From Wallemia ichthyophaga EXF-994 (Eukaryota > Fungi > Basidiomycota), in NCBI RefSeq assembly GCF_000400465.1, contig NW_008806276.1, forward strand, positions 30,001 to 62,000: a DNA stretch of 32,000 nucleotides, read 5' to 3'. The notes beneath the pieces are model-generated. The model ran no database searches. It was not told where the DNA came from and saw nothing but the letters and a program-made list of their open reading frames with translations. The position numbers were made by a program, and so were the translations under genes. Below are positions 1 to 11,315 of this stretch, piece after piece; positions within the stretch are counted from its first letter, which is position 1, and every line of letters begins with the position of its first letter.

Positions 1-2308
1 GATGCGCTGCTAGTCTGTCGCTCAGTTCCTTTAGCTGGATATAAATGTTGGGGTGGTATTGGAGTTGCTTGGACATTTTGATAGATGTTGCTATTGCTTC
101 ACAGTACCTGCGATTAGTAGTAGTCAGCTGGTGCATCTCGCCTTTAGCTACATCATGTATCACCTACCTATTCGCATCATGAAGTCGACCAGCTTCGGCG
201 AGATGCCAAGCATGTACGAGTTTGTAAATCTGCAAGTGTGGCATACCGCTGTACTCGCCGCGCTTCACATGCGCCTTCATATGCGGATTGAGGCTGAGAG
301 CGTACTCGAGAATCTCGCTCATTTCGCACGACTCGTCTGAGTAAGCGTTATGTGCGCACCCCACCAAATTGAGACGCACTTTGTCCACACTCTGCGCAAG
401 TATGTAGACCGTGTGCGCGCCATCCACTTCACCCACCTCCGCAAGCCTGTCACCTAGCTCGGACAGCGCGTGTTGTGCATCGCTATTGTCTAGATTGGAG
501 ACGAGCGTCGCGGCCGTCGCGCTCCAGTTGCGCGTGTCACTCGGTGTGTTTGTGCTCCTGAGCGTACCTGCAAAGAGACCGTATGCAACGCGCAAGCTGT
601 CCCAGTTTTTGGTGTTGTGGGTGCTGCCTGTGTTATCGTTGCCACTGCCACTGCTGCTTGGCAACTCATACGCTATCAACGCACTCACAACCTCCGACCA
701 CAGCTGTCTGTCGACGCATGAAGAAATGAGCAGAGCATGCGACCATAGCTTGTGCTCGAGTGCATACATGACCGCTTCGCGCTTGGCCCCCTTCACGAGG
801 AATTGTTGGATTGCACCGAGATGGCCCGTCGTCGTGCAGTACGTCGCTACAATGTCCGCACTGTCTTCAACAGCATAGGGGGTCTGCGATGACGGGAAAG
901 GCTTCATGTGTGGGGACGTCTCGTCGGCAGGCACAGTGATTTGGAGACCAGATGGAGCGCGTTTGTGGGAGTGCGCGTTAATGTCGTCCGAGATGAGTGC
1001 ATCACGTATTTCTTCACTTTGGCGGGAGCTCAAAATACCATCATGGATGAGCATTACCCTAAGCACCTTCAGCAGAGCCATTTTCGGATACGTTGCTCCA
1101 GTGCTTATCTTGTTATCGAGGTATCGCAGAACTTGGGACTTGGTGGTATGGGAATTGCCCAAGAGTGGGCCTGGGAATGGTGGTGAGAGGTCTGGGGGTA
1201 GTACGCTGGCCAATTCGGCAATGTTGACAGTAGACGGAGTTGGCTGAGACATGCCCAATGTTGAGGGAGTGAAGGGTGATGCTATGGGAGTTGAGGGGTT
1301 GTGGATAACCAGTTTGCCACCAAAACCGAAAGAGACTATTGGGGCGTTTGAGAAGGTGTCTTGGGTGGGGTGGGGTGTTTGACAGTTAGATCGTGGCTCA
1401 TACTGTTGTTGATTGGTCGCAAGACTTGGATCATACTGCTGTTGAACAGGTACGGCTGCTGGTGAAAGAGCAGGAGCAGGAGTAGTGTAAGCAGAGTGTT
1501 GTTCAGAATACAAATCAGACTGTTGCTCAGAGCCCCGCTCGGCAATCTGCCCAGAAAATTGCTCATAAAGTTGCTCGGGCTGTTGAGTGATTGCTGGTGG
1601 GGAGTAGATGGACTGAGGGTGCACAGGTGGGGCAGTTGGAGCTGCTGGTGGTGGTGGAGAGTATCCTGATTGTTTTGGCGGTGGCTGCGTAGGCGTGGAA
1701 TAGAGTGATTGTACTGGGGGTTGTTGAGTGGCTTGCTGAGTGGCATGTTGAGTGGTTTGAGTGGCTTGTTGAGCAGGTGGAACGTATACTGATTGCTCTG
1801 AGTATAATGGCTGCTCTGAGTACGCTGGTTGCTCTGGATAAGCTGGTTGCTGTTGAGCCGTAAGATAATGCTCCTGCGTTGGCTGTTGATAGAGATAAGA
1901 TGGCGTATACTGTGGTTGCTGTTGCTGCTGTTGCTGCTGATACTCCTCCTGCTGCCATGGATCATCTACACCAACGAGCTGCTCAAAAGGCTCCTGAGTT
2001 TGTTCAAGGTCATTATCCCCATTATTCCCTTGAAAATAAGCAGAATCGGCTAGAAATTGGTCATGGTGGGTAGAATTAAAGGGTATGTCATCGTGAAGAG
2101 GTGCATCTCCACGCATCTCTGGTTCATCTTTATGCATCTCTAATCCGTCTTCGCGTATCTCTTTATCAAAATGAAAATCGAAATCATCTGGATACCAGTA
2201 AACCCAATTGCCTGCGTCATCAAAGTAGCCGTAGCCGTAGTCCTTTAGATAAAGTACACCATCTGGAATAAAGAAATTAGCAGATTTAGGAGAAGCGGGG
2301 ATGTTCAT
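1..2308 (-). CDS. SEC16: COPII coat assembly / ER exit-site scaffold Sec16 (C-terminal part runs off the left edge; intron 108..167)
   Basis: Q/P/Y-rich N-terminus is followed by Sec16 central-domain motifs PIVSFGFGGKLV, FPGPLL and IQQFLVKGAKREAVMYALEHKLWSHALLISS. The ORF stop at 164 lies inside a GTAGGT..CAG intron. Splicing gives ..HDANRYCEAIATSIK.., open to the window edge. Confidence 0.88.
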
Positions 2309-2350
2309 CGATGATGGTGGTTTGGGATCAACCCTTAAGACGCTACTTCC

Positions 2351-4865
2351 ATGTCAACAGCCAATACCAAAGACAAGGATTTATTTTATAAAATTGATTT
2401 GAGTGAAACCAAGCAGCAGCTAAATGATTTTAATAAAAGGGACAAGAATTTCAACAATTTAAAGTTAGTTTTAAAGAGAATACTGGCGAATGTTACTATG
2501 GGCTATGATTTGTCTGGTATTTACAAGGATGTTGTGCAGCATTTGAGCGTTAAGGATATTCAAATCAAGAAGCTTATTTACTCGTACCTAGCCACCTACG
2601 CTAAACATCGCCCTGATCTCATCCACCATCCCGTTTCTCTCCTTCTCAACGATTGCGCTGATAGGAATCCTTTACTGCGCTCCCTTGCCCTACGCACCAT
2701 GTCCTATATACAACTCCCATACGTTGCTCACTCTCTCATGGACCCTCTCAGGCATTGCCTCTCCGACGCTGATCCTTACGTGCGTAAAACCGCCGCAATT
2801 AGCCTCTGTAAGCTCTACTCTTACGACCCTGCTCTTGTAGAGAAGCACAGCTTGATTAGATTCCTCCGTGACCTCCTCGCTGACTCAAACGCTGCCGTCG
2901 TCGCAAACGCTGTCGCTGCCTTATGCGAAATTGCAAACAAATCCTCCAACATACAGCTTAAATTGAATATTACCATTGCCAATAAGCTCGTGAACGCTCT
3001 CGACGAGTGCTCCGAGTGGGCCCAGGTCTATATTCTCGAATCCCTCCTCCATTTCACCCCTCAATCTTCCCATGACGCTACTCTCCTCATTGAACGCATA
3101 GCCACCAATCTTCAGCACTCTAACAGCGCTGTCGTTCTTTCCTCTACCAAGATCATCATCTATCTCTTCAACTATATCCAAAACCAAGACACCATTTCTC
3201 ACTACTCCCGCAAACTCAGCCCTCCTCTCATAACTCTCCTCTCTTCACCTCCTGAAGTTCAATATGTTGCCCTTCGCAACATCCTTCTCATCATCCAGCG
3301 CCGTCCTTTGGTGTTGCACGCTGACGTCAAAATTTTCTTCGTCAAATACTCCGACCCTATCTACGTCAAGCTGGCCAAACTCGAGATTATCTACCGTCTC
3401 ACGCGTGTCGAGAATTACCGCGAGATTCTCGCTGAGTTGAGTGAGTATGCGACGGAAGTTGATGTAGATTTCGTACGCAAAGCGATAAAGTTAATGGGAC
3501 GACTAGCGATAAAAATTGAGGAAGCGAGTGATGAATGTGTTCGAGTGCTTTTATCTCTCCTCAACGATGGTATTGGGTATGTAGTGCAAGAGGTGATAGT
3601 AGTGATGCGAGACATTCTGCGCAAGTATCCGACACGCTACATCCGCGACTTGCCCGTTTTAACAGCGCAAATTGATCACCTCAATGACGTTGAGTCTCGC
3701 TCAGCGATGATCTGGATGATAGGGGAATATGCTGATATGATACCGCTCTCTCACGAGCTGCTCGACGACTATCTCTTTGCATTCCGCGAAGAGCATGTCG
3801 ATGTACAGCTGTCTCTCCTCACAGCAACAGTTAAGCTCTTTATCAAGACTCCCCATCAGGGTCAGGAACTAGTCCCGCGCGTGCTCGCTTGGGGGACTGA
3901 AGAGATGGATAATCCTGATATACGTGATCGCGCTTTTCTCTACTGGCGCCTCCTCTCTAGTGACCCTAACGCCGCGCGCGATGTGGTGCTAGCTACTAAA
4001 CCTACCATTAGCACCGATGCTGATCGCATGGATCGCTCTCTCCTTGACTCGCTCCTTTTGCATGGTGAGTAGGAACATGAAACCTCACCCACCTCACTTA
4101 GCTCACACATCCCTCTCAGTCGGTGAACTTAGCTCCGTGTATCACAAACAGCCTACGGCATTCATACGCGGCGCTAAAGTTAGATACCTCCCAGACTCAC
4201 CGTGTCTGGATACGCACGCACGCAGAGCGGCCCAGACGGCCAGTGCGCGTCATGAAGCTCCGACGCCGCTACCGAGTGTCCCGTCGCCCGATGTGGCTGT
4301 TGGCGGCGATGGGAGTGGTGGAGGTGAGGGTGCTGGAGAGAGTTTGAGTGTGAGTGTGAACGTGAATAACAGTGCTCACGCTCCAGCTCCCAGCCCCACC
4401 TCACCCACCAACCCCGGCTCAGCTAATGATCTCCACGCCCGTCCTATCTCTGTCGCTGGCGATCTCCTACCGCAGCATCTCACAGACGGTGGGATACATG
4501 CGGCGAATTCAAACAGACTTACGGCTGACTTTGGTCGTTTGAGTGTCGGTGGAGTAGGAGTGGGTGGAATGAGTCCCAGTGGCAGTCTAGGTGTGAATAT
4601 GAATGAAGAGCAACACGCAAACCACTCTCCGCACTCTCCTTCTTCACCTATTTACCCGGATGCTCACTCTCACTCTCTCCATTCCCCACATTCCAACTCC
4701 ACTCCCCCCTCAAACACACCGCACGGAGCTTACACCCAACTCAACCCTAACAGCGCAGAGACTAACGACCCTTCCAACCCTTATGCAGCACTGGGCGATG
4801 CGTTCGACGATACTCCCGTTCTTCACTCGAGAGGTGACCACAATGATTCGCTGTTAGACTTTTAG
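2351..4865 (+). CDS. APL1: Beta-adaptin, most likely AP-2 complex beta subunit; exons 2351..4064 and 4120..4865 (819 aa)
   Basis: Adaptin N-terminal HEAT trunk motifs are present: DRNPLLRSLALRTMSYI, DPYVRKTAA, PEVQYVALRNI, YVKLAKLEI, EYATEVDVDFVRKAI, DNPDIRDRAFLYWRLLS. A GTGAGT..CAG intron joins the two ORFs as LLLHVGELSSVYHK. AP-2 rather than AP-1 is my judgement from recalled fungal Apl1 sequences (DADRMDR..LLLH motif, no ear domain). Confidence 0.85.
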
Positions 4866-4994
4866 ATGGTTAGATGGTTAGACTCTTAGATTATGGACTT
4901 GGTTGATACATTTTTATACACCAATTAGATATCATGTTTTCACCTATTATATCATACATACACTATTATACATATACACCTGAAAGAACTCCCA

Positions 4995-6994
4995 CTACAC
5001 CCTTCCATCAACACCACCACTCTGATAGTGGTACGACAGCGGGCGTGGCTTGGGTACATAAGTGTCAAAACAGCCTCTGCACCAAACCCAACCGTCAAAG
5101 TCAACTTTAGCGAAGCTATCGAGGTCTTTAGCGCAGCCACGACAGCGCAGACACTTGGAATGGTACTTTGTACCTGCCGGTCCGGGAGTGCATTCGAACA
5201 GTGTCAATTTCTCTCCGCACGACGGACAGCTCGACATGCCGCCAAAATGTGAACGAGAGAAGGGTGATGAGCGTGTAGCCCAGAGGCTTTTTTTAGGAGG
5301 AGAGGGTGTGTTGAGTGTTTTGTGGGATGTCTCACCACCTGAGCCTTTGGGTTGATTCACACCTACACTGTCGCCACTCCCGCGTCGCGCATTGAGCGTG
5401 CTGGGGGATGGTGTCAGTGTTGCATGCACCGCCTTGCCCAATTTGGGCGGTGTGTTGGTGTTGGTGTTGGTGGTGTAGGCATTGCGCAGTCCGGGCGAGT
5501 ATTCTTTGCGCTGGGGTGAGGTCTGAGGTGTGGTGTTCTCCCGGGGTTTGACTTGGGTGCTGCTACTGCCAACGCTACCGAGCGTCCATGTTACTTGCGC
5601 AGGTGCACACTCCTTATGCCCAAGTCTGCCATTTGTAAGCTTCACAACTGATAACTTCCCCTCCGTCCCTTCCCCGGCAAGCGTCTTGCCGCACTGCGCA
5701 CAAAGCAGACAGTCTGCATGGTATGTCCCTTCGCCCGGTACACTGACTATATGTGTTTGTGTTTGCATCTGTTTGTTTGAGTTTGTGTGCATTGCGCTGA
5801 TCGGACGTTTGCACTCGGCGCACTCCTCCGTATTCTCCTTATCTTGATGCACATCTCGCCTTCCACTCAGCTCGTCGTGGAAACTGGTTATGCTCTGCGA
5901 TCGACTGCGCACATTGCTCGGTCTGGGGAAGACATTTGAGTCGAGAGAGTACTTTGAGCTGCGCCGTGAAGCTCGATTTGGTGGTGAGTTAGGAGGAGAA
6001 GCGTACTTCTCGACGCCCTCGAAACCCCTTGCACCGACCAAATCTCTAGCCGACACGCGTCTTTCCTTCTTGTCGTGGTCTTTGACATAATTTTTCTCCC
6101 TCTCCGTTTGCTTTTTCTCGTCGAATTCGATACTGCGGTCGCGCGCAATATCAGCCAGATTCGCCAGACTTTCTCGCTGCTTCGGAGAGATGTTTGACGC
6201 TTCGGTGAGTTCAACGCCACTCAGCTGCTCGCCAAGCATCGAGACGCGACCAGAACGTCTGGGCGATGTCTTCACGTTGCTGTCTGAGTTGATATTTTCA
6301 TTTGCGTTGTTAGGTGCGCTCGCAAGACCTAGTCTGTGGTTCAAATCGCGCATGGCACTATCCATCGACGGCTTTTGGGCGACATTGCGACTCTGTCTGC
6401 GACCACTCTTGCTGCGTCTGATCTGCGCTCTGTATGCACTACCCTCGAAACAATCGATGCAACAAGGCCAGCCATCAAGATCGGTGATAGGATCATTCTT
6501 CAAACTAACCCCGCAACCATCGCAATTGAAGCAGTTTGAGTGGAATAAACCGCACTTTGTGTTGATGTACACACCTTCCACTTTGAGTTCACCAATGACA
6601 GCTTTGCGACAGACAACACAGTCGCCTTTGCTGAAATTGGCGACGTAGCAGTGGTAGCAGAATGCTCTGCTCTCTGTACTGCCAATATCGTCGTGTGGGT
6701 GGATGTAGAGAGTGGAATTGGGTGGAAACGGGGTAGAGCATGACATACATACGGGGTGAGTGGTTGGAGACTCGGGTGAGAGGACGCTGCCAACGAGTTT
6801 GGTGAGTGTACCATCGGCAGTTTCGAGGAGTGGAGAGGCTGGACAAGAATCAGGTAATTGATATTCAACCTGTGGCTGCTGATTACTATCAAACACTTCT
6901 GGTCTGTTACGCCTGTTTGTGTTGTTGTTATTCCTGTTGCTGTTGCTGTTGCTGTTGCTGATGCTGCCGCTCGTGGACTTTGGTGGTTCAACAT
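4995..6994 (-). CDS. Multi-LIM-domain zinc-binding scaffold protein (three full LIM domains plus an N-terminal half/atypical one); probable intron 6870..6910
   Basis: LIM patterns: CVVC..HSNCFNCDGC..CIDC, CAEC..HADCLLCAQC..HKEC and CPSC..HSKCLRCRGC..CRGC, separated by S/P/R-rich linkers. The listed ORF starts at GTG. A true ATG at 6994 joins in frame through a 41-nt GT-AG intron, but the donor (GTAACA) is weak, so the start is tentative. Confidence 0.8.
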
Positions 6995-7364
6995 AACTAG
7001 AAAATATTAGTTGTGACAGCTACACACATACACGCCCAACTCACGTCCTTATCCAGCTATCAGATCTCTTGGTCTGGGATGGCCATTTCACTTGTCCGCC
7101 TGGATTTGGATGTAAATAACGCGAAATTTAAATTAATTCAAAAACCCACCGACTGCTACACCGCCGCACTTTTTACATCTCTCGTCCTTCTTGCAGATAT
7201 CACCACAGCGCGAGCAGAATGGCATTTGTGGTGGTGTTGGCGGTGGTGGTGGTGGTGGTGGTTGAGAGTTAAGAGGGAAGATTGAGTGATGGCGGAGATA
7301 GCAGGAGATGGCTGGAGATAGATGGAGATAATAAGTCGATGTGCCTCTCTATCCTCAACCACCA

Positions 7365-7946
7365 ATGTCGAGCTCAATCGTCTTTGACCACTTATTCACC
7401 TGCGACAGTATAGACAAAGATGGCAAGAAGTTCGATAGAGGTTGGTTACTTGTATTTTACTAGGCTTCGTCTAATAACCCGTTCAAGTGGCCAGAATCGG
7501 TGCAACTTCGACAACGCCAAACTTGAATTGCATTATTGATTTGCCTGTTGAGGTTTTCAGTTTGGCGGAGAATGAGAAATTCACAATGGCTTTGTCTACT
7601 TCGCTGTCTAATGATAGTACTGCACAAGCCCAGGGACACGGTTGGAGGCCTGTGAGTTGAGAGAGGCAGCCAATCACGCCCACTCATACTTACTTTCACA
7701 GGGCATGGATAACCAAGGTCTGGCTGCCGATTACGAGTATGTCTGTTTCGGCAAGGTTTACAAGTTCGACGAAGGAAAGCAGGAAATAGCGTGTGTAACG
7801 GTATTTACGTTTCACTTCACACTCTCACACTCTCCAGCACTGCTTATATCTCTTTCGGCGGTTTATTACTCGCAATCACCGGTCATGTCCGCTACTTGAG
7901 CGATATCAGCGTAGGAGAGGATCTTTATTTGCTTGTTCGCAGATGA
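7365..7946 (+). CDS. RPB8: RNA polymerases I/II/III shared subunit RPABC3; exons 7365..7440, 7488..7651, 7702..7790, 7838..7946 (145 aa)
   Basis: Spliced translation MSSSIVFDHLFTCDSIDKDGKKFDRVARI..GLAADYEYVCFGKVYKFDEG..TAYISFGGLLL..DLYLLVRR carries the Rpb8 signatures KKFDRV, DYEYVxxGKVYK and SFGGLL. There are three GT-AG introns of 47-50 nt. The ORF track mostly misses this gene. Confidence 0.95.
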
Positions 7947-8058
7947 TTATATTTATTTATTCGTATTAGCATCTTTTTGCGACTGTTTAGGCTTATTTAC
8001 GCTTATTTTAAGCCTATTTTACGCCTATTTTACACCTATACACCCCTATTTACCCTCC

Positions 8059-11000
8059 TCACTCACCCATTTCTATCTGCTCCCGGAGCATTTTACTCTC
8101 ATCATTCATCGCCGTTATCATTTGCTCGTAACTACGCTCTATCTGCGCTATCTTGCTGTTATGTGCTTTGTGTAGCGCTTCGGTGGATATATTCCCACTG
8201 TTAAACACCGTCTCATCCCCCATACTCTTCAGTTTGGCTTCCGCTGCTGCGCGTCCGTCCTTCTCATGTAACAGTACCTTGCGCAACTCTCCCACTTCAA
8301 CCTCCGCTTGTCTCATCCTCTTCAGTGCCGCATCCAGGTTATTATTCTGTTCCTGCATTTTGTAGTTACGCTCGTTCAGTTCGTCGTTTAGCCCCGTTGT
8401 TGCCTCTGTCATGCTCTTCTGTACTGCTTTCATCGATTCTATATCTCCCATCAGTTTCATGCACTTGGTGCGTGAATCTGACAGCATTCCCTCCAGTCCT
8501 TCTTTGTCTGATGTGTATTAGCAACTACGTAATCTCATTCTCACTTTACCCACGGCTATGCGCAGCTGAAAGCTGCATGAATGAAGATTGTGTTGATTCA
8601 CGCAGCACTTCAATCTCATTTCGAAGCTGAGCCACATCTGAGAAAATTTGTCAGACAAGTGATTTCTTCAAACCCATACTCTCACCCACCTTGCTCGCTA
8701 TGCATGCTCCTCATTCTCTCCTTCACTTCTGCCAACTCCGCACCCATTCTGCTAGCGTCGTCGACCTGTTTTTCGAGCACTGTCACTCTCTCCATAAACG
8801 ACGGCAGCTCTTCCAGTTGCATCTTGAGACTTGCTATTTCGGACGAGCTGTCCTCCTTCGTTCCCTCCAGCTCTTTGATCCTACTGTGCAGCGCTTCCAT
8901 CTCACCACTCTTACTTGCCACATCCTCCTCCAATTTCTGAATTACCTCTTGCGATGAAGCATCGTTTGATATACTTTCGTTTAGGGTATGTAGCTGTTCT
9001 TTTAGATTTTCATTCGAAGCATGTGCTTCGTGGGCTTCTTTTAGTGCTTCTTCGTGTCTGTGTTTGTGATTCACCAATTCAGTTTCTGCCTTGTTAAATT
9101 GACTCTGAAGAGCGATTAATTTCTCCTCCTTTTCATCGCGCTCATGCTGCTCGCGCTCCTGCAGCGCCTGCAGCTCCAGCGTTTGTTGCTCGAGTGTACT
9201 AGCGCGTGTCAGAGCTTCTGCAAGCTTTTTGCTAGTGTCATCCAGTGCCTCCTGCAGTGCGTGTGTGTTATTACCACTATCACTCGCCTTCTCTTGCAGA
9301 CTTTCCATCCTGCTTTCATACGCCTTCATATCCACTTCATGCTGCGCTGCACTCTCTTCCAGCTCCCTGATGCGAGTATTGGCTGCGTCCTGCTGAGTGG
9401 AGAGTGAATCGTAATGAGCAGCGCTCTCCTCCAGCTCTTTGATGCGTACAGCGGCTTTTTCGTGTTCTGCATAAAGCAGCGCATGTTGCGCGGCACTCTC
9501 CTCTAACTCCCTGATGCGTTCGCTGGCTGAGTCGTATTGGGTGTAAAGCACTTCATGCTCAGCTGCACTTTTCTCTAGATCCTTGATGCGCGTCGTTGCT
9601 GCCTTGTGTTCTTCAGATAGTGCGTGGTGTTGAGTGGCACTCTCTTCCAACTCCTTAATGCGAGAAGTGGCTGCCTTGTGCTCTTCAGATAATAGGCCAT
9701 GCTGCGCAATACTCTCCTCTAACTCTTTAATGCGAGACGTAGCTGCCTCGTGCTCTTCAGACAGCGAGCTGTGCTGAGCGGCACTTTCCTCCAGCTCTTT
9801 AATGCGAGTAATGGCTGACTCGTACTCTTCAGATAACAGACCGTGCTGCGCAATGCTCTCCTCCAGCTCTTTAATGCGCCAAGTAGCTACTTGATGCTCT
9901 TCAGAAAGCAAGCTGTGTTGAGCAGCGCTATCATCCAATTCTTTGATACGAGAAACAGCAGCGTCGTATTGTTGAGACAGCAGGCCTTGTTGAGCGATGG
10001 TTTCCTCTAAGTCCTTGATACGAGCACTTGCTGAATCATGCTCGTTGGATAATGAGCTGTGTTGCGCAGCACTCTCCTCCAGCTCCCTGATGCGAATATT
10101 GGCTGCGTCATGGTTTGCAGCTAGCTGAGCGTGTTCTTGTGATACCTCTGACACCTCCTCCAATGCCACTATCTTCTCTTTCAATTGCGCTACGTCCTCT
10201 GCATGTATCCTGAGTTCTGCTACTGTCTGCTCCAATTCCAAAACACGAGTGTTGTGCATGTCCATTTGATCTGCGTTTTCATCGCGTGCTTTGAGAATTT
10301 CTTCCAATTCTTGGATTCGTGTGGCAGCAGTGTTGTCATATGAATCATGTATCTCCAGTATATCCTTCCTTTCCTGCTTATCTTTCTCATACTCAGACAC
10401 TCTCGTCTCAAGGGTTTCCAACATCTGCGCGCGTTCTTCAGCGACAGTATACTCGTGGTCAAGTTTAGCCTGAGTGTCGAGTAGACTCTGCTGGGCGGTG
10501 TGGAGGGCATGCGAATCAGTGTCAGCAGTCTCTCCAGCTTCGAACCCTTTATCGCCAACATGTCCAGCCGCAATGACGCTTTCCAATTCTGCAATACGAG
10601 CATGAGCGTCAGCGTCAGCGTCAGTGTTGGTATTGGCATTGGAATTGGCACTGCGCTCTGCGTCTAGCTCCGCACTGAGTGACTCAATGTGAGACTGAAG
10701 CTGAGCTATCTTCTCCGAGGCGGGAATAGAGCGAGGAGCGCCTGGCTTGCCCATAGCGCTTCCAGGCCTGCCTCCACCCACGGCGCTCCCGGGTCTGCCC
10801 ATTGCACTACCGGGTCTGCTCGGTACATCGTGGGAGAGGGAGCGCGACACGGATGATCTGCGAGTGGCGGATGCGGGCTGGGGCGAGGGTGCAGCCGATA
10901 GCCGCGATGTTGGTCTGTGAGGAGCGTTGGCGCTGCGTGTTGCTGGTGATGGGGTTGGTCTGGGTGCACTGCTGGCACTGCTGGCACTGGTAGTACCGGT

Positions 11001-11229
11001 AGATGTGCGCGTGGTTGTTGCACCGCGTCTGGCGGCCGCTGTCGCTGTAGATGGTGCCACCTTCCTCACCGTCGTCGGCGTGGCGGTCGTCGCTGACTTG
11101 GCTGGCACTCTGCGCGCGCCTGCGGTTACACCTGCTTTCACTCTTCTGTTTACATCGTTAGCGCACTCGTCTTCGCCTTGTTCCGCTCCCGTCTTACGGC
11201 TTGTCTTCTTCTTGCACTGGCGATCCCAT
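8059..11229 (-). CDS. Uncharacterised long coiled-coil protein with a basic S/T/P/R-rich N-terminus and a tandem 24-aa repeat; exons 11198..11229, 8690..11145, 8554..8637, 8059..8507 (1006 aa)
   Basis: ORFs 8682..11258 and 8059..8487 join through GT-AG introns 11146..11197 (branch GCTAAC), 8638..8689 and 8508..8553. The total is 3021 nt in one frame, starting MGSPVQEEDKPRVKAG. The body is E/L/K/Q-rich and heptad-like. Confidence 0.8.
9342..10133 (-). repeat. Coding tandem repeat, 11 x 72 bp (24 aa), consensus HxxLSEEHxAAxxRIKELEESAAQ
   Basis: Units are read directly from the translation and span 11 x 72 = 792 nt. The DNA recurs as variants of CGCATTAAAGAGCTGGAGGA on the minus strand. Confidence 0.95.
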
Positions 11230-11315
11230 ATCGTGGTTTGAAACAAAGAAAGAAACAAAGGAATATTGTAAATAATTTTATTGTATATTTATTTAGTATT
11301 GATATTACTCGATTG

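Noticed and set aside
1336-1965. 209-aa and 131-aa low-complexity ORFs inside SEC16
   Set aside because: These are frame-shifted readings of the CAG/CAA-rich Q/P region.
4863-4890. TAG immediately followed by ATG after APL1, RPL25 (20880) and ALG7 (30495), with TTAGATGG repeated after APL1
   Set aside because: It occurs in only three of about seven TAG-ending genes, and the downstream frames are tiny or unrecognisable. It is compatible with chance or a generic 3'-end element, and there is no support for reinitiation.
7225-7335. (GGT)n microsatellite and GGAGAT repeats in the LIM/RPB8 divergent spacer; ORFs 7013..7285 and 7156..7377
   Set aside because: This is short simple-sequence DNA. The ORFs are repeat-derived (poly-W, poly-H) with no coding hallmarks.
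9342-10133. 72-bp repeat array considered as CRISPR-like or mobile element
   Set aside because: The units are contiguous, in frame and degenerate at synonymous sites, with no unique spacers, terminal repeats or transposase. It is a protein-coding repeat.
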